From assembly GCA_973895155.1 (NCBI GenBank), contig OZ316893.1, positions 20,340,857-20,404,856 of the forward strand: 64,000 bases of DNA. The letters run 5' to 3'. Source of the stretch: Marsupella aquatica. Its lineage: Eukaryota > Plantae > Marchantiophyta. Position numbers and translations under genes: made by a program. Of this stretch, positions 11,874 through 25,605 are shown piece by piece. A model generated the notes under the pieces. The model saw only the letters and a list, made by a program, of their open reading frames with translations. It made no database searches and was not told where the DNA came from. Every line of letters begins with the position of its first letter. Positions within the stretch are counted from its first letter, which is position 1.

Positions 11874-13495
11874 TGGTACTCAGCGGATGATGCATCCAGG
11901 GCGAGCCGTAAAATTACTTACCTTCGAGACGCAGGGGAGGGAGGGCGCGTTCACCTTTCATGCACGCACGGGCCACGAGGACGTGAAACATTGCGAACCA
12001 CGGCAAAATCTTGACGCATGCAAAATCCTCTACGTCGCATCTTCGTCCTGGAAAATTGCTGTAGCCTCGTGCTATGCGCTTCGGTTTGGCTTGGTTTGGC
12101 TTCAAGCTCTCAACGTTACTGTGCCAGTTAGTGATGCCCCACTCCAATGAATCCAATAATGAATGAGTGCAAGGAGCAGCACCAGCAAGGTTAGAGTTGC
12201 CGTCCGCGTCCGAGGATCGAAGTTAGGAGAATCGCGCCGAATCTACGAGCCGTGGAAGAGAGGCCGGGGTGCAACATTACGGAGCATTAGAAGAAGAAGA
12301 AAAGAAGTAGAAGAAGAAGCAAAATCTAGCGCAGCGAGCGGATGGGGCATTGTTTTCGTTGTTTTCAATACTCGTGCTGCTGCTGCTGCTAATCCTGGGC
12401 TGCGGGTCCGATGACATCATCTGTCATTCTCTGTCGGATAGAAATGCAGGCCTGTACAGTGACGTTGTAGTAGTGTTTGTAAGTGCAGTGAGCGTAATAT
12501 ATAGACGTCTCAGAGTGCTGTGCGATTTCATATGAGGGTTGCTGTTGTTGAGGAACCGCAGCAGCGGAAGCGGCAGGCTCCTCCTCCTCCTCTCGTGCTT
12601 GCTCCGCGTGACGTTGTGTCCGTTCCTCTGCACAGCAGGCAGGGATTAGAAGCAAGCTCTGGTCTGGTGGTGTGTCGCGCAGTGCATTGGAATGAATTCT
12701 TGGTTCTTGGTTTAATCAGCGCATGTCCTAGGAAAAGTGTAGGAGCATCGTATCTGCATGGTTCTCTTCGTCGGGATCCATTATGTAGGGGGGCGCATTG
12801 TTGATCCTTCTTCCAGTATGCCCCACTGCTTTCTTCGACAGCAGTGCTTTCGACACCAAGGAGACCAAGACGCTGCAACTGACGAATTTTAACTTTCGGT
12901 TCGTTGGGATATAAGCCGCGTCCGTAAGGACCACACGTAGAGTTTTAACGGAATTGGAGACGAGAGTACTAAGCTGGCGGTGCTGTATCTTTGAAACTCT
13001 ATTTTCGGCTGGTCTTCAAGTCCGTTGCACTCGTCGGAGTTTGGGAATGAGGTCGAGGCAGAGACGGTGAAAGAGAAGTCGGAGGTGGAGGAAGATCTGA
13101 CTATCGCTTTCTTCCTCAGATGAACCGAACTGAGGGCGCATTCCCCTTATGTCAGCTGGCTCCTTCGATTTTCTAACTACCTGTAACTCTCCCTCGACCT
13201 GTCGTACTACTGCTTTCCTTGTCGTTCACCGCTACTAGTTTTCCGTGCTGCCAGAGGCGATTTCGAGTACCCGCCTCACTTGCTCCTCACGAGCATTGTG
13301 CGCGCTATCAATCACCACGCAATCGTGCATACCGACTTCTGACGTGTATTCCTCCCGTCTTCGATATTCGCTCACTAGAGTTTTGTTGACAGCATTTCAG
13401 GCAGGGGACCGACCTGGAATCAAAGCGCTTGGACGATCTCCACGGCGTCGTTAAACTATAGTCATTGGCCCGGGCTGTAACGGAGTTCGTTCGCG

Positions 13496-16400
13496 ATGGC
13501 CTTCGTTAAGGGGCAGGACTTAGCCTCAAAGGCGGAGAGTCTAGCAAAACTCGAATCGATCAAGAATGAGTCCGTCGATCTGGTACGTGTCTTGCAACCC
13601 CCCTTCCATCCTCGGAGACGTTACTTTAAACAAGATGGCTTGACTTCCATCGGGCCTAGCCGGGCCATCCATTCGACCAGGCATTACGTCTCTTTCGGAC
13701 CTTACTAGGAACGACAAATAGTACTCTGGAGAGTGTGCAGCTCTTATCTCGGCTCTTGTACGATGTCATCGCTGGAAATTCTCTTCTACGTACAGGGAAA
13801 GAGACTGAGGGAAGGTTGGGTGGTGGGATGCTTTGCAGGAACGGATTCCCGTGGAGGAGGTGTTTATGCAGCTGCGATGTACCACGGAAGGTCTCACCTC
13901 GGAGGAGGGTGAATCCCGCCTCCAGATTTTCGGGAAAAACATGCTTGAAGAGAAATCGGTAATTTGTCTCCTACCTAGATTGCTAGTTTACGTGCATCGT
14001 CCTAGTCGTCATGATTCATGTGGTCAGCGCATCCATGGCTGTTGCCATACTTTTCTTTCCATTGCACCTCTGTTTTCCTAGTTTGGCCCGGGTTCGAGCT
14101 CCCCTCTTTGGCAGGTAAGGGTTTGTTCTTTGATCGTTTACATAGGCAGCTGTTCCTCCAAGTCAATAGTTTCCTTCCTATATCTCTATCTAAGCTGACA
14201 TAAGCTCACCAAACTTTCTTACCTGACTCACATGTAAATTTCCATCTCCTCTGTTGTGGTAATCCAGGAAAGCAAATTTTTGAAGTTTCTCGGGTTTATG
14301 TGGAACCCCCTGTCATGGGTTATGGAAATGGCAGCGATCATGGCTATTGCCTTGGCCAATGGCGGGGTAAGTTTCTATGTTACACTCGTTTCAACTTCAA
14401 CTTCAACTTCCTTTCCATTGCATTACATTCCAAAATAACGTTTGCCGCCCACACTGTGAGTGTGATCCCAGCCGATCCCAACCACCTTTTTCTATCTTCA
14501 ATCGTGAATGGTTTACATTAGTGTACCAAATTATACTCACCAGGAACATGAATTAACTGGTTGCAGGGGCCTCCAGATTGGCAGGATTTCATAGGTATCA
14601 TTACTCTTCTCGTCATCAATTCAACCATCAGTTTTATCGAGGAGAACAACGCTGGCAATGCCGCGGCTGCTTTGATGGCCCGGCTGGCACCCAAGACCAA
14701 GGTATGTCATGATTGCAATTTCTTCTCCGTCCTTTCAATGCGGTTTTCTGACTGAGCTATCAGGTTGAGTTAAAGATTCCATTACCTTTAGTGAGTGGAT
14801 GAAGAGGAGGTAAACAATCCTGATGATATATCTCCGATTCCTGTCCATCCTCATCCCATGCAGGTACTACGAGATGGGAAATGGAGTGAGCAGGATGCAG
14901 TAATTCTGGTTCCCGGAGATATCATCAGCATCAAGCTCGGCGATATCGTGCCGGCGGATTGCCGTCTCCTCGAAGGAGATGCTTTAAAAATTGATCAGGT
15001 AAGGGCTCTTTCGGTGTTGCAACATTATTTTCAAGTCCTATTAGTAGGAGGAATAATTCTAGAAAACGGCCAGGCCTTTTTTCCATACACCTAAGTTAAG
15101 TTGATTGACGTGTTTCTCTAGCTTCGGGTGCGGTTCATATGGAATCCGGGATCTAAATCAACGAAAACTGACCCGCCAAGTAACATGGCTTTCAACTTCA
15201 TTGAACTTAATGATATTAGCGTGCACTACATTCGGAAGTTTTTTTGATGAGTGCCCTTCTACGGAGTTACTTGTATTGAGGTTTGCTTTCTTGCGTGCTG
15301 CCCGGAATCGCAGTCTGCTCTTACTGGTGAGTCACTTCCAGTCACGAAGAAGCCAGGAGATGAGGTGTATTCTGGATCGACTTGCAAGCAGGGAGAACTC
15401 GAGGCGGTGGTGATTGCCACCGGTGTGCATACCTTCTTTGGAAAAGCTGCCCACCTTGTGGACAGCACCAACCAAGTTGGCCACTTCCAGAAGGCGAGCA
15501 TTTCAAATCCCTGAACTACCATATCTAGGACCCGTAAAATTGTTTTGTTTTGTTTTGTTTTGTTTTGTTTAGGGACGATGTAGGCAGACGATGTCTTGAA
15601 CGAATTCTTGAAATCTTAAGGATTAGCAACTGATGGAGCTTTTGTTTGTTCAGGTCCTCACTGCCATCGGAAACTTTTGCATATGCTCAATTGCCATTGG
15701 TATTGTGATCGAAATAATCGTGATGTATGCTGTCCAGCACCGGAAATACCGTCATGGTATTAATAACCTTCTGGTGCTTCTCATCGGTGGAATTCCCATT
15801 GCTATGCCAACGGTGCTGTCCGTGACGATGGCTATTGGCTCTCACAGGTTATCGCAGCAGGTGAACATCACAGATAACTCAAAGGCCTTTACATACTCTT
15901 TTGAGGGTTGCGAATGAATCGGTGATCTGATTACGTACTTTCCCTTCATCTCACGTACGTCATTTGTCGGAACTGTACAGGGTGCTATCACTAAGCGAAT
16001 GACTGCTATAGAGGAAATGGCCGGAATGGATGTCCTCTGTAGCGATAAAACTGGAACTTTGACTTTGAACAAGTTGACAGTCGATAAGAATCTCGTTGAG
16101 GTGTTTGCTCCAGGTGTCGACAAAGATTTCGTGGTGTTATCAGCAGCCAGGGCAGCAAGGACAGAGAACCAAGATGCCATTGATACAGCCATTGTTGGAA
16201 TGCTCGGTGATCCTAAAGAGGCTCGAGCAAGTATCACAGAAGTGCACTTCTTGCCTTTCAATCCAGTAGACAAGAGGACTGCAATCACCTTCATAGACAA
16301 GGAAGGAAAATGGCATAGAGCCAGCAAAGGGGCTCCTGAACAGGTAAAGTTATTTGAATATCAGCGTAGAAACGTCTTCTGATGTTGCATCAATGTTCCT

Positions 16401-19400
16401 CCTTGGTTGGGCTGGCAGATATTTTTCTCTTCAATTTTCTTTCAGACGCAGTCTTTGTGATGGGGTTCATGTGCGCTCCATCCAGCTTTGATAAAGTTTC
16501 ACATTATCTCGCCGTTTTGAATAAAGTAGCTCAAATAATAAATAAATTGCAGTCTGGAGGAAACCTTCCGGGTGTGATTGCTTGATCTAATTTTCATCTG
16601 CTGTCCATTGTCTTGCTTGGGCTTACTTGGCCTTCAAAGTTATATATCATTGTGAGTGGGGTTTTTTCTTTGTCGTCGTCACTTACATAAAGTATCTCTG
16701 GTCCGGATTTCTGCTTACGACAACCCCCATTCAAGTACAGTACTGAACTTTGCATTACCTATGAACAGATCCTTGAGTTAGCTCCCAACAAGGCAGAAAT
16801 CGGGAGTAGAGTGCACGCCATCATTGACAAGTATGCAGAGCGTGGACTTCGATCCCTTGGTGTTGCCAGACAGGCGAGTGCCTGCAAGTAGCGCAATTCC
16901 TGACGTTTCCCCATGGATGCTCTTTCTTCAAGTGAAAACATCGTTGAGATATTGTGTGAACTATTGAAGTCCTGAGATTATACCCTCATTACAGGAAGTA
17001 CCTGGGAAATCTAAGGAGAGTGAAGGTGGTCCGTGGGAGTTTCTAGGCCTGCTGCCCTTGTTTGATCCACCTCGTCATGACAGTGCTGAGACCATCCGTC
17101 AAGCTCTGGAGCTTGGAGTCAACGTCAAGATGATAACAGGTATTTCTCATGCAGGAATAATAACTAACGGAGGGCAAGCCTTCTCTTTGTCTATTGTTTT
17201 AGGTGTTTTGTGCCGAATTCAGGAATTCCGTTTTAGTGATCTATCCAACTGATCATAGCTGATTTAACATGACCAGGTGACCAGTTGGCCATCGCGAAAG
17301 AGACTGGCCGTCGGCTGGGTATGGGAACCAACATGTACCCGTCATCTGCTCTCCTGGGACAACACAAGGATGAATCCATAGCAGCAATCCCCGTCGAGGA
17401 ACTCATCGAGAAGGCTGACGGGTTTGCTGGCGTCTTCCCAGGTAAATATATCCAGCTGTTGATGAGAATTACTTTGCTCATTAAAGCGACCTCCTTCCAG
17501 AATATTAGGCATTTTGATTTGGATGGAACTCCATAATTTGCCAGACATGACATAGTAGTATCGTCTTCATTCCAATGCCGTTGATGGAGAGCTGAAATTT
17601 TGGATTTATTTTGCAGAGCACAAATATGAGATTGTCAAGATTCTGCAACAGGCCAAGCACATCTGTGGTATGACTGGTGACGGAGTTAACGATGCACCTG
17701 CTTTGAAAAAGGCCGACATTGGCATTGCAGTTGATGACGCCACAGATGCAGCACGCAGTGCATCGGACATCGTCCTTACCGAGCCTGGGCTCAGCGTCAT
17801 CATCCACGCAGTGCTCACCAGCCGCGCTATATTTCAGAGGATGAAAAACTACACAGTGAGTTGCCGACCATGTAATACTTAATCACTGCTGATCAAAAAC
17901 GCGTCGCTATGCCTTGCTTTTTGTCTTTGCAAAACTGCCGATGAAAACGCATTATTGTTCGGATAATAATAAAGTGTTTTGTTCTGGTGACAGATATATG
18001 CGGTCTCCATAACTATTCGTATCGTGGTAAGCAAAGAGGCGCCGGTCTGCGACCGCCTCTTGAATTATATGTGGTTCATTTTGTTTTCGTGATTCATTGT
18101 ACGATCATTATGTATGCGAGTTTCTTGCCGGGGCAGGTCTCAAAGGTTCTGTATTTATTTATTTGTGTAACGTTTTGGTTTTCGGTATTCAAAACTTCGT
18201 GATAGGAAGCAGTCTGATCCCGTTAATTATCTTAATTCTACAGCTTGGCTTCATGTTGCTCACTCTAATTTGGCATTTCGACTTTTCGCCATTCATGGTT
18301 CTGATCATCGCAATCTTGAACGATGGTATGTGGTATCCTGCCTGCCATTTGATATGATAGTAGGAGCAATCTGAAATTCTCTGCCCAGATTGGTCGATTC
18401 TCTCTTAATTTCTAGGATGGAAACAACATCTTCAGTGTCTCATTCATTCCGCCGCACAAAAGGGTCTCATTGTTATGGACCACCGCTTTAAAAGATTTTT
18501 GACATGCTGCTGCAACTGTTGCTCCTCTTGTGCAGGTACCATAATGACCATAGCCAAGGATCGAGTTAAACCTTCTCCACTCCCTGACAGCTGGAAGCTG
18601 AAAGAAATATTTGCGACGGGCGTTGTCATTGGGACTTATCTCGCTCTGATGACTATCCTCTTCTTTTGGGCTGCTAATGACACCAATTTTTGTGAGGTCT
18701 GGTGCTACCATCGTTTTAATCACCTTTTTATTCAATAATTAAGCGCAGACTTACTTTAGTCTAGGCTTGATACCAGTCATTCGACCTTCCTTCACCTTCC
18801 CTGTTCCTTACGATTTCATGTAGCTTTAAATTCTTCAAACCATAGTCCGCCCTTACAGAAAATGATGCAACTACTGAATTTTGGGAAATTTGAATACAGA
18901 AATTGAATTTGCCGGGAATCAGGAACAAGTCTGGTGAGTTGACAGCGGCAGTCTATTTGCAAGTGAGCATAATCAGCCAGGCCCTGATCTTTGTCACTCG
19001 GTCACAGGGCTTTTCATTTATGGAAAGGCCGGGGGCCCTTCTCATGATTGCATTCGTCGTTGCCCAGCTGGTAAGCATTGTTATCGTCTGTCCTGTGTAG
19101 ACCTTTCTGCTATTCCAAAAATGATATTTTCTGATCTCAAGTGACAGTTGTGAATATGTATGCTGTCCCTTGGGGTTGGACCCAGCGATCCCATCTGAAA
19201 TGATAAGTCTCTCTAGATGTAGGAAAAGGCTCTAATTCTGAAGCTATGTAATGGTCGTCCTACATCTCTTTAACAGGGTAGCGATGCGGTTCTTGCCGTT
19301 TAGTTTGCAGCTATAGAGCGGCTTGTAATTGAAAGTGTTAAATGGTGGGATGTGACGTTTTTTCGTGTGGCATATTTGTTGTTGCAGATTGCTACCTTTG

Positions 19401-20476
19401 TTGCTGTCTATGCGAACTGGGGCTTTGCAAACATGGTGGGTATTGGTTGGGGTTGGGCAGGAATCATCTGGGCTTACAGTTTTATCACTTATATCCCTTT
19501 GGACTTCATAAAGTTTGCAATTCGATATATCCTGAGTGGGAAGGCTTGGAACCTGATGTTGCAGAAAAAGGTATGAAGAAAACCACCTTCTTCATTACAT
19601 TGGTGTCATCTGATATTTTTGTGGCTCTATATTTAATCTACTTAATTAGTTTTATATTCGCCATGTGCCTTGGAAAGTATATTCCAAGGATGACTTCTTT
19701 TTCTCTGTGGATATCCGTTTCTTGATCGGTTCCTTCCCTCAGAGACTCATTTGTGAAACCCGGTGAATCACCAGGATATTGGTCTTGTCATTGACATCGG
19801 GATTGTTGCTTGGCAGACTGCATTTACTAGTCAGAAGGATTTTGGCAAGGAGGCTAGGGAAGCACAGTGGGCACAAGCTCAGCGCACACTTCATGGGTTG
19901 CAACCAGTAGGTACAGACTTGAAGAAAACCCCAGGGCATGCTCACAATGGACCAGATATTGCTGGTGAGGCAAAAAGACGAGCAGAAATGGCCAGGTACC
20001 ACCTTTTCCTTTCAGTTGGAGTATGCCCCGGTTCGAGTCTTCGTGTTTTGTTCTAAAGAACCCGTCCCACAGAGAAGCGCGATGGACTTGCCTATTCTGG
20101 TGATGCGCTGTAAGAAGGATGAGAAGAGGATAGATGGTTGGTATATGCACAGTTGTGGAAATGCTAAAATAGAGTCTGTATTGACGTTGGGCGAAGTTCG
20201 CCACATGTTTTGCAAAGACTCTGTACTGTCATCTCACACCTATCTCAGAACGTAGATGCAGTCTATATGGACATACTTTCCCACACGTTTGGTCGTGTAT
20301 TATGCGCGTCAGAAAGGTTAACATTGCTGTAGTTCAATGAACCGGGGATTAATGGATTGTTCTTGCTTGAATTAAACAGATTACGGGAGCTCCATACTTT
20401 GAAAGGGCATGTGGAATCAGTAGTAAGGTTGAAAGGATTGGATATTGAAACAATCCAGCAAGCGTACACAGTATGA
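13496..20476 (+). CDS. AHA: Plasma-membrane P3A-type H+-ATPase (AHA/PMA family), penultimate-Thr type, 961 aa, 19 exons
   Basis: Exons: 13496-13582, 13839-13958, 14268-14366, 14567-14701, 14864-14998, 15314-15493, 15654-15860, 15981-16343, 16769-16873, 16995-17139, 17277-17441, 17617-17855, 17994-18026, 18244-18325, 18536-18696, 18900-19070, 19388-19570, 19817-19995, 20380-20476 (2886 nt, continuous frame). Motifs [46 protein letters not shown]; C-terminus ...IQQAYTV*. Confidence 0.97.
15541..15570. repeat. (TGTTT)n microsatellite in ATPase intron 6
   Basis: tgttttgttttgttttgttttgttttgttt. Confidence 0.9.
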
Positions 20477-21451
20477 TTTCACTTTAGAATATCTGTAGCA
20501 TAGCAGGGATTTTTGAACACCGACCACCTTGAGATTTAGGTTGCCATGATGAGTGACTGACAAATCAATCACCTTAGATGGCAAGGCTACGTGTAAGACA
20601 TTGCATGCATAGTTTCGAAACTACTTCTCGTGGGACATAGTTTCGAAGTTTATAAGAAACAAGTTTCAGTACCTTTCTTTGCTGTACAATAAGAAAGTCA
20701 TGAGTACAACATTATAGAGTTCTCTAGACTGTAACATAGATTACAGACAGAGCCCCAATTGTGAACACCAACTTTGAAGGTGCACATTTTACATTGGAGT
20801 CTGGTAGTTCGAGAATCTTGTTGTCCTCTCGTCCTTGATTATTTATTTACACATCACCTTTGATAAAGAAGTCATTGCAAGACTGACACTGAAGCGGGCA
20901 CTGAAGTAACAGATCTGAGGACCTTACTTGAAGTTCATTTTGCATTAATGACACCGGATTTATGCCCAGTGTAGAAGTAGCGTGGTGTACAGCGTGCCTG
21001 ACTTCGTCAATGGGTATGACCTTTACAAAATTAGTTTTTCGCACCTCCAACTGTGAAACTTCACTTTGAGCGGGCCATGCATGCTTGAAATTGGAAATAC
21101 TGTGCACGTACTTTACAAATGCTTTATGATGTTCCTGACTGTGTATTTGCGTATGGCTGCACAAAATACCACGATAAACTTGAAATCATACCTGACTTTT
21201 GTCAGCAATGACTTAGATGCACTCTCTAGGACCTCAAGTTCTGTTTTGTTGGAGGTAAATGATACATCTCATGTAGAAAAGTGGAAAGATATTTCAAAGT
21301 GGGATTGGCCCTAGCCCGGGCCTTTACCTTCTCTCACCCACAACTAATGAGGAAGCTTGAATCATGTAGGCTTCCTCTCCTAATAATGCTGTAAATAATG
21401 CTGTAAGACCCTCACCATGGCAAGGATTCTCGTCATAATAAAAGGATTGTC

Positions 21452-21533
21452 GATACCCGAGGATGAACTAGCCTTGAGCACGGAATCAAGTGATACCCGA
21501 GGATGAACTAGTCTTGAGCACGGAATCAAGTGA
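21452..21533. repeat. ~41-bp tandem duplication
   Basis: gatacccgaggatgaactagYcttgagcacggaatcaagt x2 with one mismatch. Confidence 0.9.
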
Positions 21534-23789
21534 ACGTGCACGACCTATAAGTGTGGCAGTGCTTTAACAACCACTCCTGGATTTCAAAAAAACTTGTGAA
21601 AGATTTTGATAAAGCTTCTTTCAGTCAAAGTCTGAAAGACATGTAGTCCGTTTGAATGTGGTTTGCAAGCTATTTCAATTATTAAGATGCCAACCTAGTG
21701 AAGTAGAGGATGCAGAGAGGTCTCATGTGATGCTTCCTGCACGACAGGATCGCATTCGAGAGGTCGCAAAACTGTGTGACATCAAACTGATCAAACGAAA
21801 GCACTCAACTCCCCTCCTACTCTACCATGCAGTCCCATACAGTCCCTACTGGAAGGAGGAGGTTCGCCGCACCTGGTCGGCTCCACAGCATGCAGCCCCC
21901 ATAGACTCTTGTCCCATTCAGTTGGCTCTTCCTTTCATACACTCGGCCGCCTATGAAAACGAGATTGAGGGCAGTTTTAATTCTAGACAAAGGTCCAGAT
22001 CGATCAAATCAACGGGCACGGTGCAGTGTGAGCTTGCCTGATTGAGAGGTAGGAGGCAGGTATGGAGGGTTTTTCTTTCTCGCCTCCATAGGTGGAAGAT
22101 GCTACAAACATTTTCTCTCTAGATTTCTTAGAATTATTGATCTTTTTGCTGCCTTTTATATATTTTGTGTTTTTTTATGACTCCAGATGGCTAGCAAGGT
22201 CGTTATTCAAAAGAGGAGTCCCAAAAATGTATGTTATCACCCAGGTTGTTGTTAGTTGTTAGTGAGACACTTGGATTCTAGAACATTGGAGGTCATGTGA
22301 GGAAATTTTTTGCTCGTGGGAATAAATTTTTTACTGTTTCCTCGCATGCTACAATGACCCATTGTTAGATTTGCTAGATTTAAGAATGACCATGTGATTC
22401 TACTTGAACTGCCACCAGCCATATAAAAGGGGGAAGTGTCCTCTCATTCTTCTCCTATCCCCTTCCATATCCTAAAGTATAATACACAGTTGCGCCACTT
22501 TTTAGAGTGGTCGTCATTCAAATTTGCAAGGCATAAAAATTAAAAAATATGATCAAAGGTAACTAATAAAATCAAAGTGTGAATTGAGTTTAGTGTGACA
22601 CAAAAAGTTACACCATTGTCCAAGACAAGCCAAATAATCACACCAGACACCCCCAAAAAAGTGAAAGACTTTAATTAATGTACGAGAATCAATGCACGAG
22701 GATCAAGGAGGATACTCCCTCCAGGCCTCCATGATCTGTATTGTACATACTCAGAGTATTCTACATATTCAATATTATGTGCAACATGGTTTTGTATAAT
22801 AGTGGTAAGAGGAGTTTAATTGTTAATAACATTTTAATCACTGATCAATAAAAAATTGTTCTCCCAATATTTGTGGTGATTTTTAGAGTCATTTGCACTA
22901 TCATTTTCAATGCCAAAAGACAAAAGTAATAAGGCCCAAAGACATAGTGAAATGCATGACACGGACGTTGATGGCAAGGTGTCGGGCGAGGGGCACACTG
23001 GCAATGTAGGGCAGCCCCTCGAAGGGCTCCAGTCGCGCACGGGTTGGGAGGGAGGGGGCGGCGAGCGAGTGGAGTGATGGTGAAATGGGGAAAAGGGGGA
23101 GGTTAAGGTTTAAAAGGAACATAAGAGGAAAAAGGGGAAAAAGGGGAAAAAGGGGAATAAAACACCTCTCATTTTGTTATACTTTTGTGGTTGTCATAGC
23201 CAGTGGTTTGTCCAATGACGTCTTTTATTCAAATAATTTTTTTGTGCAAGGAGAAAAAAGAAAAAGGGAACTTTTATGGCTGCCGTGGCCAGTATTTTGC
23301 ACAATGATATCTTTCACTCAACAAAAAATTTTGTGCAATTTTTTATTCAACAATATCTTTTGCACCATGAGCTATTTCTCAACAACATCTTTAACCAAAC
23401 AACATCTTTTATGCAACGCACGGGGATTGAAAGGATAGCGATAGAATGGTCATCTTTGCTAAACCCTAACCTGAAACCGATAATATAACATTGCGCCAAT
23501 GTATAGAGTGGTCGCCATTCAAATGCAAGGGCATTTTGGGTAAAAAACAAACAAAGAAAAAGACTTGCTCCTTCTCTCTTTGACTTTTTACTTCATAACA
23601 TCTTTCACATAATGACAACTTGGATGAAATGACACCTTTTTTTCTTTATAACATCTTTTACTTCACGATATCTTTGGCAAAATGACACACTTTTCTTATC
23701 AACATCTTTCACATAATGGCATCTTTGGCAAAATGACTTCTTTGGCAAAATGACTTCAAGGACGTCATTTGTGCAATGCATGGGTATTT

Positions 23790-24200
23790 TCCCTCAACGA
23801 TGTCTTGGCTGACACGACATATTTTTTCTCAACGACATCTTGGCCGACATGACATCTTTTTTCTCAACGACTTCTTGGCCAAGACGACATATTTTTTCTC
23901 AACGACCTCTTGGCCGACATGACATATTTTTTTCTCAATGACTTCTTTTCTCTCAACTACCTCTTGGCCATCTTTTTTTCTCAACGACTTCTTTTCTCTC
24001 AACGACCTCTTGGCCGACACAACATCTTTTTTCTCCACGACCTCTTGGCCGACACTACATCTTTTCTCTCCACGACCTCTTGGCCGACACTACATCTTTT
24101 CTCTCCACGACCTCTTGGCCGACACTACATCTTTTCTCTCAATGACCTCTTGGCCGACACGACATCTTTTTTTCTCAACGACATCTTGGCCGACATGACT
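23790..24200. repeat. Minisatellite, ~34-36-bp unit, about 10 copies
   Basis: Unit ~ tctcMacgacctcttggccgacactacatctttt; more degenerate copies extend left to ~23590. Confidence 0.9.
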
Positions 24201-24711
24201 TCTTTTGTGCAACGCACAGGTATTGAGCTAGTTGCTCCATAAATTCAGGAAATGACACTATATGGTGAAACTTGGTGCAACCAGGTTTTTGTCATGGCTA
24301 GTGTGGTTTAATGGGGTCTGTGGCTAGCTGAGATAGTGGCTAACTGAGGAACACAAACCTGGCAAATTTTTGCAAGAAGTGGTTTCCCAGAATTCTCATC
24401 AAACTTACCAATTTCCAAGGTACATTCAGGCATTACTCAAGGCCGGAAATATGGCTCATGCATTATTTACTGTTAGTAGTTATAGCACTCCTGCTAAAAC
24501 GGAGAGTTGTCCTCCAGATCTCAGGAGCAACGTTTGATATTAGCAAGCTTGCTTTTGTACTATGTGGAAAACCCAATGCAAGTAATATAACTATACTACA
24601 ATTTGCATTCTAAGTCTACCATTAACAACCTACTCCATACAATGAAGCCAAAATTTATCTGGTAAGATAAAATTTTGATATTCAAATTATGCTTGTGAGT
24701 AAGAATGGGCA

Positions 24712-25004
24712 TGGAGTTGAGAAGTCCCAGCTTCAATTCCCCCTCCACATGCAAGGGTGTGGAGGGTATGTGTGTGGGTGGGGTGTAATGGTGGGAATAC
24801 TGTTTTCTCTTTGGTCCCTGGTCATCCCACTTGGGGGCCTGGTGTAACCCTCTTAGTTTCCCTCCTGGTACCCCGCCTGGTACGGGTCCTTTTTGGATCC
24901 TTGGGTATGACCCCTTGTGGGTACCCTACAGAGGCATTGCCTTAAAGTTGATCATCATTCTCCTCCCTTCAATGGGTATGCTTTTTGGTGTCAAGAGAAA
25001 AAGA
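24712..25004 (+). mobile_element. tRNA-related SINE, copy 1, with 11-bp TSD
   Basis: TSD aagaatgggca at 24701-24711 and 25005-25015. B-box-like gaagtcccagcttcaattccc near the 5' end and A-rich tail gagaaaaaga. Colinear homology with 50271-50628. Confidence 0.75.
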
Positions 25005-25271
25005 AAGAATGGGCACGGTGAGTCTGGCTGAAGCCATTCCTCTTCATAAACACAAGTATTCAAGCTCGTTCATATTTACCTCTAGTACCTCCAGCAAATT
25101 TGCAAATTTAAATATGGTCAGTACTGAACCAAAGTTACCAGTGTGTAATGATTTCTGGAGGCAGCTGCTATATCCTTAATCTCAAGCTCATAAAGTCCCG
25201 CTTGTTAACTTTTTCCCAGCCTGTATTTATGTATCATAAGGGATAGTCAGTTTTCTTCATTTTCTGGTCAC

Positions 25272-25605
25272 AAGATTACAGTCTATGAACCCTATGCCCA
25301 GACATGCATTATCCTAAGTATATGACTTATTTCAAGATTACTGCCTAGTAACCTGTACCCAGACTTTCATGATTATCCTCTTATACATGACCTATTTCAA
25401 GATTACAGCCTAGTAACCTTGTGCCCAGACCTTCATTATCTTCCTATACATGATCTATTTCAAGATTACAGCCTAGTAACCCTGTACCCATACCTTCACT
25501 ATACTCCTATACATATCTATTTAATAAAGTGCTATCAAAAACCCTGTGCCCATACCTTCATTATACTCCTATACATAGCTATTTCATAAAGTGCTATCAA
25601 AAGCT
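25272..25605. repeat. Degenerate tandem repeat, ~58-bp unit, ~6 copies
   Basis: ctatttcaagattacagcctagtaaccctgtRcccaNaccttcattatcYtcctatacat repeated with graded divergence. Confidence 0.85.

Noticed and set aside
23790-24200. CRISPR-like look of ~35-bp repeats
   Set aside because: Units are contiguous with no unique spacers, there are no cas genes, and the context is eukaryotic. It is a minisatellite.
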